From NCBI GenBank assembly GCA_043801445.1, contig JAZDMB010000030.1, positions 78,178-142,177 on the forward strand: a DNA stretch of 64,000 nucleotides, written 5' to 3'. Origin of the DNA: Planctomycetota bacterium (GTDB taxonomy: Bacteria; Planctomycetota; MHYJ01; JACQXL01). Below the pieces are notes generated by a model. The model was given only the letters and a program-made list of their open reading frames with translations, was not told the origin of the DNA and ran no database searches. The position numbers were made by a program, and so were the translations under genes. Positions 41,247 to 51,303 of this stretch are shown piece by piece. Position 1 is the first letter of the stretch. Each line of letters starts with the position of its first letter.

Positions 41247-41266
41247 GAAACTATAATTTATTCATA

Positions 41267-41887
41267 ATGGAAAAAGTTTTAGTAGTTGAACGTGATAAAT
41301 TGTTGAGTGGTAAACCATTTTTGCACGGGTTCCACAATCAGAATTTAGATGAATTATTAGCCAATATTCACCGCTTTAGCTATTTTGTAGACCGTCCTGA
41401 TGCCGAAAATAATCCGGCACTCAAACAGATAATACCATACCTTTTGATTTCACATAAAAACAGCACAGCTGATGAGTATAAATTGTTCCTGGTTCAGCGT
41501 CTGGCTACCCAGACCGAAAAACGATTGCATAATAAATATTCTATCGGAATCGGAGGACATATTAATCCGGTTACTGCGAAAGACGATTCACCGGCAGAAG
41601 ATATCATCAAAAGCGGATTGGAACGTGAACTGCACGAGGAACTTGAAGTTTCCACTCCGTACCAATACAAACTGGTGGGTTATCTTAATGACGATACTAA
41701 TTCAGTAGGGCAGGTGCATTTCGGATTGGTCTTTCAGGTTATGGTCAACGAGGAAAATGGCGTTAAGGTGGCTGAAAAGGATTTGATGGTCGGAAAGTTT
41801 GTAAGCATCAAGGAGATTGAAAAACAATTCTCATTATTGGAATCATGGTCGCAGATAGTCTACAGCAACTTCGTAAAACATTTATAG
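41267..41887 (+). CDS. probable Nudix-family hydrolase
   Basis: 'GGHINPVTAKDDSPAEDIIKSGLERELHEELEV' approximates the Nudix box Gx5Ex7REUxEExGU. Weak call. Confidence 0.4.
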   Translation: MEKVLVVERDKLLSGKPFLHGFHNQNLDELLANIHRFSYFVDRPDAENNPALKQIIPYLLISHKNSTADEYKLFLVQRLATQTEKRLHNKYSIGIGGHINPVTAKDDSPAEDIIKSGLERELHEELEVSTPYQYKLVGYLNDDTNSVGQVHFGLVFQVMVNEENGVKVAEKDLMVGKFVSIKEIEKQFSLLESWSQIVYSNFVKHL

Positions 41888-42034
41888 TGCCGATTTATTC
41901 ACGCAACACCCCAAACCGTGCCAGCCAATACTTATTATTTTGGTGGCCAAAAAAGTGATTAGTAATTACAAACCCATCATAAATCTATAACGATGTGAAC
42001 ATTAAAGAAGCAATTCTGTCAGTGATAGGCTGGG

Positions 42035-43636
42035 TTAAATCAGCAAGCTGATTCCTTCCATTTCCGAAGGTTTTTCTATGCCGAGAATTCCCAGCATAGT
42101 CGGCGCAATATCGCATAATCTCCCATTCATTTTGAGTTTGCGATTCTTGAATTTCTCTCCAACCAGAGTAAAGGGAACTACATTAGTGGTATGATAAGTA
42201 TGCGGCTGGTTATTATTTTTATAATCTATCATCTCTTCGGCATTGCCGTGGTCTGCAGTAATGATAACAACGCCTTTTTTTCTTAATACCGCATCGACTA
42301 TTCTGCCGACTCCGCCGTCAACAGTCTCGACTGCCTTGATAGCAGCATTTATAATACCGGTATGTCCGACCATATCACAATTGGCATAATTCATAATAAT
42401 TACCTGATGGGCATTATTTTCAATATCTTTTAAGACCTCGCGGGTAACCTCAGGAGCATTCATTTCCGGTTGCATATCATAGGTCGGCACTTTGGGTGAA
42501 GGGATGAGTTTTCGGTCCTCGTATGGGAATGGAGTCTCTTCACCGCCATTAAAAAAATAGGTGACGTGGGCATATTTTTCCGTTTCGGCAATACGAAGTT
42601 GCGTTATCTGCTTCTCAGACAGGATAGCGCTCAGAATGTTTTTAAGGCTAACCGGTTTAAAGGCAACAGGCAGAGTAAAATGCTCGTCATACTGGGTCAT
42701 TGTGGTATATAAAACCTGCGGGAATGTTTTACGCTTGAATTCATTGAAATCAGGTTCGGTCAGTGTCCGGGCAATCTCTCTGGCGCGGTCAGCCCGGAAA
42801 TTAAAGAATATCACCGAGTCTTTGTCTTTGATTGAGCCGATGGCAAGATTATTCTCGGTAATGACGATAGGTTTGATGAATTCATCGGTCTCGCCTTTTT
42901 GATACGCATCTTTTATGGCTTCGATTACTGATGTTCGTTTTACGCCTTCTCCCAGCGTAAGTGAATGATAAGCCTTTTCCACGCGTTCCCATCGTTTATC
43001 GCGGTCCATTAAATAATAACGGCCACAAATCGTGGCTATCTTTCCTACGCCGAGCAAATTCATTTTATTGAGTAGTTTTTCAATATGATTGACTCCACTA
43101 TCAGGCGGCGTATCGCGTCCATCCGTAACGACGTGGAAAAAGAGATTGCTCCGGTTAAATCCGTTCTTTTTAGCCATTTCCAAAAGGGCGAAATAGTGAT
43201 TTTCAGAACTATGCACGCCGCCATCAGAAACAAGCCCGATTAAGTGGAGGTTGGTTTGATTACGGCGGGCATAGGTCATTGCATTGACGAGTTCGGGGTT
43301 GGCAAAAAATGAGCCGTCTTTGATAGTGTTATCAATCCGGGTAATTTCCTGCCAGACCACGCGTCCTGCGCCGATATTGAGATGTCCGACTTCAGAATTG
43401 CCCATTAAACCGGCCGGCAATCCGACGGCATTACCCGAACATTCAAGTTCGGTATATGGATATTCCTTCTCTAAACTGGTTAAGTTAGGAGTGCGCGCCA
43501 GTTTTATGGCATTACCTTCTTTACGCTCCGATGTCCCGCCTTGGCGGGAATATGGAGCGTCCCGTATCGAAGCATCGGGACGCTTGTTCACACCCCAGCC
43601 GTCCATTATGATTAATACAAATAAAGGAATTTCCAT
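42035..43636 (-). CDS. gpmI: 2,3-bisphosphoglycerate-independent phosphoglycerate mutase
   Basis: 'LIIMDGWGVN' N-terminus, 'SEVGHLNIGAGR', 'ADHGNAE' metal site. ~530 aa. Confidence 0.85.
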   Translation of the reverse strand: MEIPLFVLIIMDGWGVNKRPDASIRDAPYSRQGGTSERKEGNAIKLARTPNLTSLEKEYPYTELECSGNAVGLPAGLMGNSEVGHLNIGAGRVVWQEITRIDNTIKDGSFFANPELVNAMTYARRNQTNLHLIGLVSDGGVHSSENHYFALLEMAKKNGFNRSNLFFHVVTDGRDTPPDSGVNHIEKLLNKMNLLGVGKIATICGRYYLMDRDKRWERVEKAYHSLTLGEGVKRTSVIEAIKDAYQKGETDEFIKPIVITENNLAIGSIKDKDSVIFFNFRADRAREIARTLTEPDFNEFKRKTFPQVLYTTMTQYDEHFTLPVAFKPVSLKNILSAILSEKQITQLRIAETEKYAHVTYFFNGGEETPFPYEDRKLIPSPKVPTYDMQPEMNAPEVTREVLKDIENNAHQVIIMNYANCDMVGHTGIINAAIKAVETVDGGVGRIVDAVLRKKGVVIITADHGNAEEMIDYKNNNQPHTYHTTNVVPFTLVGEKFKNRKLKMNGRLCDIAPTMLGILGIEKPSEMEGISLLI

Positions 43637-43798
43637 ATATGTTTTTCAACATTTTATACTAAAGATAAATTAACTTAGCAAGAAGAAAGAGAAAGATATG
43701 ACAATTAATCTGTGTAATCTGTGGCTCAAGTTTAGCTCCTAAAAAGCCGATAAATACTTAACATCACTAATATATAATTCTTCAACAAGGAGTATGTT

Positions 43799-44593
43799 AT
43801 GGCGAATATATTAATCGTTGACACACTGCAAGAAACCGGCTCATTGATGAAGAGCCTGCTCAGCAATTATTACGGCGTATCACTGTCAGAAAATACCTCT
43901 GACGCCATAAAGAAAATAGAAACGGCTTTATTTGATGTCGTTATAATGGAATTGGAAAAGCTTAATCCCGATGCCGAGAAGTTTATAAAGGAAACAAAAG
44001 AAATGCTGCCTCAGTTGCCGATTATCATTATGAGCGACCACGAAGTGACCGCGGTCAGGGATGCTTCTAAAGGGAAAGCCCTCAGCGAACATCAGGACAA
44101 CCTGCAATCTTTAGACTGTCTCAAAGTAATGAGACGGCCTTTCCGGTGCACTGCATTAATGGAATCTATCGCCGATGGTCTTCTCAAATACAATATCGGT
44201 TCTGAGGTAAACGCTCATCATCGTTCCATGGCATACAATGTAGAAATATCCCAGAATAATAATAAGACATTGATACCGTTAAAGTGTTCTATAATTGATT
44301 TAAGTTTAAAGGGAATGATGATAGAACCATTAACTGTTTTCGCAGGCCGTTCCCAGGAGACCGAAAAGAACCAGTTCCAGAGTTTCTTTAAGACCCTGTG
44401 CCCTGAAGGGCGTATTTATTCGAAGCCGCTACATACCAATATTCTTATAAAAGAACAAGAATCAATCGGTCTTGACGCAAGCATTGCCTTCGTGGAAAAC
44501 AGTCCCGGCGATATTTTTAATAGGGCAGGCTTGAGTTTTAACGATTCCAATCAGCAGAACAATCGCCTGATGGAATTATTGAAACAAGCATAA
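43799..44593 (+). CDS. receiver-like (atypical, Asp->Glu at phospho-acceptor position) plus PilZ-like domain protein
   Basis: N-terminal CheY-like fold 'ILIVDT...FDVVIMELEKLNPD' with Glu where the phospho-Asp is expected. C-terminal 'HHRSMAYN...IIDLSLKGMMIE' resembles the PilZ RxxxR/DxSxxG pattern. Confidence 0.4.
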   Translation: MANILIVDTLQETGSLMKSLLSNYYGVSLSENTSDAIKKIETALFDVVIMELEKLNPDAEKFIKETKEMLPQLPIIIMSDHEVTAVRDASKGKALSEHQDNLQSLDCLKVMRRPFRCTALMESIADGLLKYNIGSEVNAHHRSMAYNVEISQNNNKTLIPLKCSIIDLSLKGMMIEPLTVFAGRSQETEKNQFQSFFKTLCPEGRIYSKPLHTNILIKEQESIGLDASIAFVENSPGDIFNRAGLSFNDSNQQNNRLMELLKQA

Positions 44594-44705
44594 TTTCAGA
44601 AAACTTCGTAACTTCTGCCACGAAAGCACAAAGACACCAAGAAGAAATTAACGAGTTGTTTTCTTTGTGCCTTAGTGTCTTTGTGGCTAAATTTTATGAC
44701 TTTCT

Positions 44706-46169
44706 ATGCTATTAAAGAAATTTGTATTAGGCATTGCGATTGCTTTTATCCCCTTTTTAGTCACGACAGTTTTGTCTACTGAGCCACCTAAACCAGAAAC
44801 AACCCCTACTACGGGACAAGCGGCAGTTGAAGTTCCGCCAGGGACAATAGAATCCGCTCTGACCTTTTCAGACGACTGGACATTTCTTTCATCAATAACA
44901 ACCCCTTTACCGGGCATCGGCAGGGTGGATACTGGCTTTATATCTTTACCAAATGATAAAAATCCTCAGGGTTACCGTTGTTCCGCGCAACAAAAGACCG
45001 TCCAATTAGATGTAGATGGAAACGGCTCTTATGATACCGAAATAGAAAAAAAAGATAATTTTGTAACCTATAAAATAAAATACCCGAATGGCGTTCAATT
45101 AAATTACCGCATGCGTGTATTTATCAAAGGAGCATCAAAAAGTATCTATACTGATGGTTCTACCAGCCAGCCGGTTTGGGCATATCAGCGGGCTTGTTTT
45201 CTTACGGCTAAAACACCGTTAGACACATTGGTCATTATTGATGACAACAACAATGGTTATTTTGGTGATTATGGACAGGATGCCATTATTATCGGCGCAG
45301 CAAATAAACAGTCAATCCCTCTTTCTTCTATTATTCCTATAAAGGGAAAATTTTACACAATTAAAGTAGAGGTGATTAATGAAATACCTGAAGAGAGTAA
45401 AAAGAACCCCAAGTTCAGCGGCATGAAATTAGTGCTTACTCCTTATACCGGCGATATGGGTAAAATAGACGTCACTAAGAATCTAAAACCTCCGAAAGAG
45501 AAGATATCTAATATTATTATCAAACGTGATACCGATATTTTCCTGCAATTGGCGGAGAGGGGCGAGACAACTGTCCCGACCGGAGAATATTATCTGGTAT
45601 CCGCTGTTTCCGGCAGCCGAATCCGGGTGCGGCTTGGCGAAAAATCTTTTACCGCAGTTGAAAAAGGTAAAACCAGCGCTCCCAAATGGGGCGGACCTTT
45701 TAAGTTAGAAGTTAAACCATATTGCGAAAAGGGCGGAGCAATTATTTTCGTGCAACCTTTCACTCAGACTACAGGACCGGCATATGCGCCGAAATCCAAG
45801 GATTGCCCATTTATTAAAATGAATTTCCCTGCGCTTATCGGTTCATTAGGCGAAGAATATTACATACCTGATGAGTTTCAGGATGAAGTCGGTAATACTT
45901 TCCCTGAAAAAGTCAGTTCCTTTAATGTGGAAATAAAGACCAAAAATACGGCATCCGAACAAAGAACATTCAACAAAGGCGTAAGTCCTTACACTGACAG
46001 ATGGATACCGATTGACCTCTCCGGCCCGCTCTATCAAAAGACGCCTTTCTGGGAATCATACCGCTGTCCCATAGAAAGATACCTTGGACCGGTAATAGTC
46101 AAAGTATGGGTTTCAGGACCAGCCTTCGGCGACCTGATTTCCGAGCAGGAAGTCCAGGTTACCGAGTAA
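44706..46169 (+). CDS. hypothetical secreted protein
   Basis: N-terminal signal peptide (LGIAIAFIPFLVTTVLS). No recognised domain. Confidence 0.5.
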   Translation: MLLKKFVLGIAIAFIPFLVTTVLSTEPPKPETTPTTGQAAVEVPPGTIESALTFSDDWTFLSSITTPLPGIGRVDTGFISLPNDKNPQGYRCSAQQKTVQLDVDGNGSYDTEIEKKDNFVTYKIKYPNGVQLNYRMRVFIKGASKSIYTDGSTSQPVWAYQRACFLTAKTPLDTLVIIDDNNNGYFGDYGQDAIIIGAANKQSIPLSSIIPIKGKFYTIKVEVINEIPEESKKNPKFSGMKLVLTPYTGDMGKIDVTKNLKPPKEKISNIIIKRDTDIFLQLAERGETTVPTGEYYLVSAVSGSRIRVRLGEKSFTAVEKGKTSAPKWGGPFKLEVKPYCEKGGAIIFVQPFTQTTGPAYAPKSKDCPFIKMNFPALIGSLGEEYYIPDEFQDEVGNTFPEKVSSFNVEIKTKNTASEQRTFNKGVSPYTDRWIPIDLSGPLYQKTPFWESYRCPIERYLGPVIVKVWVSGPAFGDLISEQEVQVTE

Positions 46170-46345
46170 AGAAACCACAAAGAGCGTGAGTATTTTATAA
46201 GGAGTCCATGAATTCAGGAAAATTAATCTTAGTTTCCTGGGTTCCTTATAGAAATTATCTGTGAAATCTGCTTGCCTCGTTAGAAAATGCAATTTCACCA
46301 CAACGAAATTCATTGATTTTATGGAATAAGAGGGCATAATCTGAA

Positions 46346-47530
46346 ATGATGAAAAGAGAAATCACGAACGCCCCGAAGTTATCGGGACGGAGTTTATCCC
46401 GCTGTTGGCGGGGTTGCGACTTCGCAAAACAATGGTTTCTTATTCTCCTGACCTGTCTTTTACTGGTTGCCTCTGTTGCCTACGCCGATAAAGAACAACC
46501 ATCTGATTTAACGCCTTCTATCAACACACCTATAACACCTACCGCTGTTTCCGGCATTCCCCTTAAGGTTCATTACATAGATGTTGGGCAGGCGGATTGT
46601 ATTCTTATCCAGATTCCAAATGGCAAAAATGTTCTCATTGACGCAGGTAATAGCTGTGACGCGGATAAAATAGTTTCTTATCTTCAACATCAAAAAGTTA
46701 AGAAATTAGATAACGTAATAGCCACACATCCGCACGCAGACCATATGGGCGCAATGGATACAATAATCAACAAATTTGATGTTGGTAAATTTATAATGCC
46801 TAATGCAACCTCTATTTCCAATACATTTAGTAAGGTAGTTACCACAAATATTGCATATATTGAAAAGCATCTTGAGATTACCTACGCCCATCCGGGGTTA
46901 CTAATAGACCTCAGTCCCAATATAACCGCACAAGTTATAGCGCCAATCTCTCCTACTTATCAAGGCAAGGACAAAGAAAATAATTATAGCATTGTTATTC
47001 ATTTGGAATTCGGCAAAACTTCCTTTTTATTTATGGGTGACGCGCTAGAAGAATCAGAAAATGAAATACTCAAATCCGGATTTGATATTAAGTCTGATGT
47101 ATTGAAAGTCGGCCATCACGGAAGCAAGACATCTACCGGCACAAGTTTTTTACGGAAAGTTCACCCATCGTATGCTGTTATTCCTGTCGGTAAAAACAAT
47201 ATATATGGACATCCTAAACAGATCACTTTAAAGAGACTTGAAGATGATAGGGTGCAAGTATTTAGAACAGACGAAAGCGGGACAATACTAATAGAATCCG
47301 ATGGCAAGGATTTAAAAGTTACTACTGAACGTAAACCAGAAAGCATACAAACAGGTTCTAAAAAAGCTGACGAAAACCCGGAAGAAGTTAAGATTTATGT
47401 TACAAGGACAGGGACAAAATACCACCGTGCCGACTGTGAATATTTAGCCAAGTCAATGATACCAATTTCGCTTAAGGAAGCCAAAAAGAGAGAGTATGAA
47501 CCTTGTAAGGTATGCAACCCTCCTAAGTAG
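46346..47530 (+). CDS. metallo-beta-lactamase fold protein (ComEC C-terminal domain-like)
   Basis: 'VHYIDVGQADCILIQ...VLIDAG', 'ATHPHADHMGA' (HxHxDH), 'KVGHHGS'. C-terminal 'YHRADCEY...CKVCNP' Cys-rich tail. Confidence 0.65.
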   Translation: MMKREITNAPKLSGRSLSRCWRGCDFAKQWFLILLTCLLLVASVAYADKEQPSDLTPSINTPITPTAVSGIPLKVHYIDVGQADCILIQIPNGKNVLIDAGNSCDADKIVSYLQHQKVKKLDNVIATHPHADHMGAMDTIINKFDVGKFIMPNATSISNTFSKVVTTNIAYIEKHLEITYAHPGLLIDLSPNITAQVIAPISPTYQGKDKENNYSIVIHLEFGKTSFLFMGDALEESENEILKSGFDIKSDVLKVGHHGSKTSTGTSFLRKVHPSYAVIPVGKNNIYGHPKQITLKRLEDDRVQVFRTDESGTILIESDGKDLKVTTERKPESIQTGSKKADENPEEVKIYVTRTGTKYHRADCEYLAKSMIPISLKEAKKREYEPCKVCNPPK

Positions 47531-47984
47531 GCAACGACTTGCGGGAGTCCCGACCGAACGTCGGGGGATGCCTGCCTGCGCTAAAGCTTCGGCGGGTAAT
47601 CCATACCTAATTATCCATCCGTAAAATCTGTTTTATCAGTTTAATCCACTTACAGATTCTTCGTATTTCTTACACACTAATATTAAATCCGTGTTCATCT
47701 GAGTTCATCTGTGTCCCATATTTCTTTGCGGTGAATCTTCTCTTAACCTACCTACTACCTACTTCATACTGCATACTACATACTATTAATTCGTGTCAAT
47801 CTTGTGAAATCTGTGGTTACGTTTCGGTTTTTATTTACCGTATTCCTCTTTCTTCTATCCGTAAGGATACCATAAGTAACGGGTTTGTTACTTATCCGGC
47901 AGGTATGAGAAATGAAGGTTTCATCTAACTTCTTGATTTGAAATGGATTAGAAAAAATAAAAAAATATGCAGAAATCCGAAAAT

Positions 47985-48250
47985 AGCACTCTCTGTTACT
48001 TATGGGGACCTATCCACTACGGGATTCTACCCTACCTACCTATGGTTATATGGGGTATATCCTATGGTTAGTAGGGATACTACCTATGGTTATATGGGGT
48101 ACTACCTATGGTTAGTAGGGATACCTCCTATGGTTATATGGGATACTACCTATGGTTATATGGTATACCTCTACTGGAGGGTACGGTATCCCCCCTGGGT
48201 AGGTAGGGTAGTATAGGGGGGAGATAGGGGGATGGGGGTATACCTAATTT
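47985..48250 (+). repeat. degenerate tandem array (~22-bp unit 'tacctatggttatatgggGatac', ~8 copies) ending in a G-run block
   Basis: Unit copies are visible directly. Ends '...ggggggagatagggggatgggggtatacc'. Read-through ORF 47938-48216 is periodic and judged non-coding. Confidence 0.75.
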
Positions 48251-48647
48251 TGGTAAAGTGATGCCTTAAAACTGGTTTATATCGTTGGATTAACTAAAGA
48301 CGGTGGGTGTCATTAAGCCAAGTGTATAGTATAAAGTATGAAGTAGGTAGTATGTAGAAGGTAGGAGAAGAGAAGACGTAAGATTTGCCACAGATTAAGC
48401 GGATTTGGCGGAATGCCTCAAATAAACGGTGAATTGTCTTGACAAAGGATTAGGGAATATGTATTAATTCACAATAGATATGGATAATTCGGGTGACGCT
48501 CTCCTACGCTCTTTGAGCGGAGTTTATCCCGCTCACAGCGGGGGAAGGGCAAGCCATACCGCATAGTTAAGATGTCCACGGAATTATGCGGGTGACAGCA
48601 TACTGAATTCCAATAATAAATATGTATTATGTATCCTGAATATAAAT

Positions 48648-49337
48648 ATGAAAAAAGTATTTAACTTTCTGATTGTTATTGGGTTATTTATTATCGCTTA
48701 TATATGCTGGAAGTATCATGACGAGATTCGTAAAGATTGGTATTTATACTCAACTCTTATCCTTGCAAGCATTGCTATCTTTCAAGACCCAATAAAACGA
48801 TGGTGGAATAAACCAATATTAGTTTTCACCCACAAGGAAACAAGCCCTTTCAGAAGAGAAAATACACTACTTATAGAACCTACTCTAACAACTTCTAAAG
48901 TTCTTAGTACCTATGAATGTTTTATGGTAGAAAACAATGGACGAGGTTCTGCTTTACAATGCCGATGCCAAATTCGTGAAGTAAGACAAAATGGTAAATC
49001 TTTTGGTTGTTACAGAGGATATCCTTTACATTGGGCCCGTAGGCCAGATGCAGAAATTGACCCATTGAAAGCTGAAAGACTTAATATTGGTCCAGGGGAA
49101 AGCGAGTTTCTAGATTTATGTTTCACCGCGTCTATAGATTCCGATATCCATTTAGCAAAATATCATACAATACCTATCGGTATTCCCGACTTCATTCCAT
49201 CTGGCGTATATGAGGTTAAATTAATATTTAGTGGTGATAATTTTAAACCGTATTTCATAGTCTTTGAGATTAAAAAAGATAACTCAGCGAATATCAATAG
49301 TATCAGTGTCAAACTAATAAAATACTGGCAAGGATAA
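48648..49337 (+). CDS. hypothetical membrane-anchored protein (ORFan) enclosed by inverted repeat arrays
   Basis: N-terminal TM helix (FNFLIVIGLFIIAYICW), Cys-containing soluble domain. No family recognised. Confidence 0.45.
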   Translation: MKKVFNFLIVIGLFIIAYICWKYHDEIRKDWYLYSTLILASIAIFQDPIKRWWNKPILVFTHKETSPFRRENTLLIEPTLTTSKVLSTYECFMVENNGRGSALQCRCQIREVRQNGKSFGCYRGYPLHWARRPDAEIDPLKAERLNIGPGESEFLDLCFTASIDSDIHLAKYHTIPIGIPDFIPSGVYEVKLIFSGDNFKPYFIVFEIKKDNSANINSISVKLIKYWQG

Positions 49338-49595
49338 CTTACTAATTCGGGGGGACACCCAGCACATAACGGAATTATGTGCTGGGCAGGCCCTAATTCA
49401 TAATTCTTAATTATTAAAACTCTATGCCTTCAGACACCTTTCTACATCCTGATTCCGGTAAGGATATCCGCACAGACGAGACATTAATTGAATTCTGAAG
49501 ACACCACACCTAATTCGCACTTATTCTGACCCCCAAACCCCCATTTTCGGCTATTTTCGTTATTACAAAACCTTATAAATCAACCACTTATACAG

Positions 49596-50100
49596 GCAGG
49601 GGGGGGTATACCCCCTCTACTGCCTCAGTAGAGGGCATCTACTGGATTATTAACCCATATCTCCTGAGGTAGTAGGTGGCGTCTGCTGAGGTATCTGACC
49701 ACCTCTCCTAAGATAGTAGACTGTATCTGCTGAGGTACCTGACCATCTCTTCTGAGATAGTAGACGGCATCTGCTGGATTGTCAACACCCCGCCACTGAG
49801 TTAGGGGGTGGTATCTGCCGGATTGGCAGCCCATGTCTCCTGAGATAGGGGATAGTATCTGCTGGATTATTAACACATCTCTCCTGAGGTAGTAGACGGT
49901 ATCCGGTGAGTTACCCGACCATATCCCCTGAGGTAGTAGATGGTATCTGCTGAGGTATCCAACCATATCCCCTGAGGTAGTAGATGGTATCTGCTGAGAT
50001 ATCCAACCATATCCCCTGAGATAGTAGATGGTATCTGCTGGATTGTCAACACCCCTCCACTGAGTTAGGGGGTAGTATCTGCTGAGTTACCTCCACCCTG
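49596..50100 (+). repeat. degenerate tandem array (~45-bp unit 'ccatatcccctgaggtagtagatggtatctgctgaggtatccaa', ~9 copies), inverted relative to the 47985-48250 array
   Basis: Unit contains 'ggtatccaaccatatcccctgaggtag', which resembles the reverse complement of the upstream unit ('ggtatccccatataaccataggtag'). Begins with the palindrome 'ggggggtataccccc'. Confidence 0.7.
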
Positions 50101-50127
50101 ATTAGAAATTTTGGTTGTTAGATTATG

Positions 50128-50269
50128 GTTCGGCAGGCAGTAGCAAGACACTGATGCAGTAGCAAGTTTTCTGGGCTTCTCAGCCAGTTAGAAGCGTCCT
50201 TTGAATGAGATGTAAGGCTTTCTGATAGGTTATTATTTTCTCTTGGTTTCGCTTCTAACGGGGCAGGCT
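50128..50269 (+). repeat. hairpin-forming dispersed element, copy 3
   Basis: 'ggcaggcagtagcaag...cagccagttagaagcg / cgcttctaacggggcaggc'. Lies between the tandem array and the gatC 3' end. Confidence 0.6.
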
Positions 50270-50296
50270 CCCGACCAGAATGACGAGGGATAATCA

Positions 50297-50623
50297 TTAT
50301 TCTATAATTCTCGGCACCTCGAAGAAATTACCTTTCCGTTTTGGCGCATTTTGGAGCGCTTTGTCAGGTGTCAATGAATTCTGATGTGCCTTATCATCCC
50401 GCCAAATACCCGCCTGACCGGCCGTCAGTTCGGGCAGGTTCAAGTGTTTTTCGTCCAAGGAATGTATTAATGGCTCGATATTAGTTACGTCTATTTCCTT
50501 AAGGCTGTCCACATAAGCGAGTATCTCTGACATGCCTTGTTTGAGTGATTCTTTGTCTTGAGGAGATACGGAAAGCCGCGCCAGTGAACAAAGATGCTCG
50601 ATAAGTTTATCGTCTATTTTCAT
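50297..50623 (-). CDS. gatC: aspartyl/glutamyl-tRNA amidotransferase subunit C
   Basis: 'MKIDDKLIEHLCSLARLSVSPQDKESL...ILAYVDSLKEIDVTNIEP...NFFEVPRIIE' matches GatC over its full length. Start taken at the internal Met. Confidence 0.75.
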   Translation of the reverse strand: MKIDDKLIEHLCSLARLSVSPQDKESLKQGMSEILAYVDSLKEIDVTNIEPLIHSLDEKHLNLPELTAGQAGIWRDDKAHQNSLTPDKALQNAPKRKGNFFEVPRIIE

Positions 50624-50802
50624 AGTGAATTTCCTTACTAACCACAAGATTTCACAAGATTAACACGAGAAAATAACCTTTATATAAAATCTGGTGAAAA
50701 TCTCGTGCTAATCTCGTGGTTTATATTTACCTACTACTACCATTCCCTCAAGCGGGACAAATTAGTGTCCCATTATTAAATTTAATAAATCTGTGTACTT
50801 AT

Positions 50803-51303
50803 TTATCTTATATACGATGTTGTATCAGTTATAGGCGCCTTATTCCGCCTCGGCGTAGTTATTATATTCGATTTTACTAATGAAATAAACCGGTTATCCG
50901 CTGTCCGGACACCGAATTCTGATTGGTATTTCGTATCCGGTAATACAGTCAGATAGTAATTGCCCTGGATACCGGAATAATTTTGCGGAGTTGGTATCGC
51001 AATATCATTGAATGATTTTTGCGAAATGTTTTGAACCCTCAATATCCATTTCAGATTGGGTTCTCTTTTGTTTCCTAATGCAGCCGTTACGGCTGTTCCT
51101 GAGAGTTCCCAATAGCAAAAGACACATTCGGGGTCACGGATTAGCAGTACGATGATATTCTGATTGTATGAATCAGGCAGCAGGGGACCATAATCAAGAT
51201 AGATAGCATCACGGTCGGGTTCGCTGTGGGTTTCTACTTTAGTGTGACCAACTGCGGTCACTTCGGGTTCAACATGATATTTTTCTTCAGGTATACTATT
51301 CAT
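50803..51303 (-). CDS. DUF4912-family protein (typically adjacent to GH57 enzymes)
   Basis: ~165 aa. Conserved 'LLIRDPECVFCYWEL' region. Genomic pairing with the upstream GH57 gene matches the known DUF4912 context. Confidence 0.5.
   Translation of the reverse strand: MNSIPEEKYHVEPEVTAVGHTKVETHSEPDRDAIYLDYGPLLPDSYNQNIIVLLIRDPECVFCYWELSGTAVTAALGNKREPNLKWILRVQNISQKSFNDIAIPTPQNYSGIQGNYYLTVLPDTKYQSEFGVRTADNRFISLVKSNIITTPRRNKAPITDTTSYIR

Noticed and set aside
42035-43636. Apparent N-terminal insertion in iPGM (RPDASIRDAPYSRQGGTSERKEGNAIKLARTPNLTSL)
   Set aside because: Could not be verified without an alignment. Loop lengths near the phosphatase-domain N-terminus vary among iPGMs, so not reported as a finding.
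47938-48216. 92-aa ORF translating as periodic 'YGYMGYYLWLVGIPPMV...' peptide
   Set aside because: The periodicity simply mirrors the ~22-bp DNA tandem repeat. There is no start context or RBS. Judged a repeat artefact, not a gene.
49625-50052. Two minus-strand ORFs (113 aa and 60 aa) with repetitive 'YLSRYHLLPQGIW' translation
   Set aside because: They lie entirely inside the 45-bp-unit tandem array, and the translation periodicity equals the repeat period. Non-coding repeat is more parsimonious.
47985-50100. Possible CRISPR array
   Set aside because: Repeats are contiguous and degenerate with no unique spacers, units are 22/45 bp without spacer alternation, and no cas genes are present.
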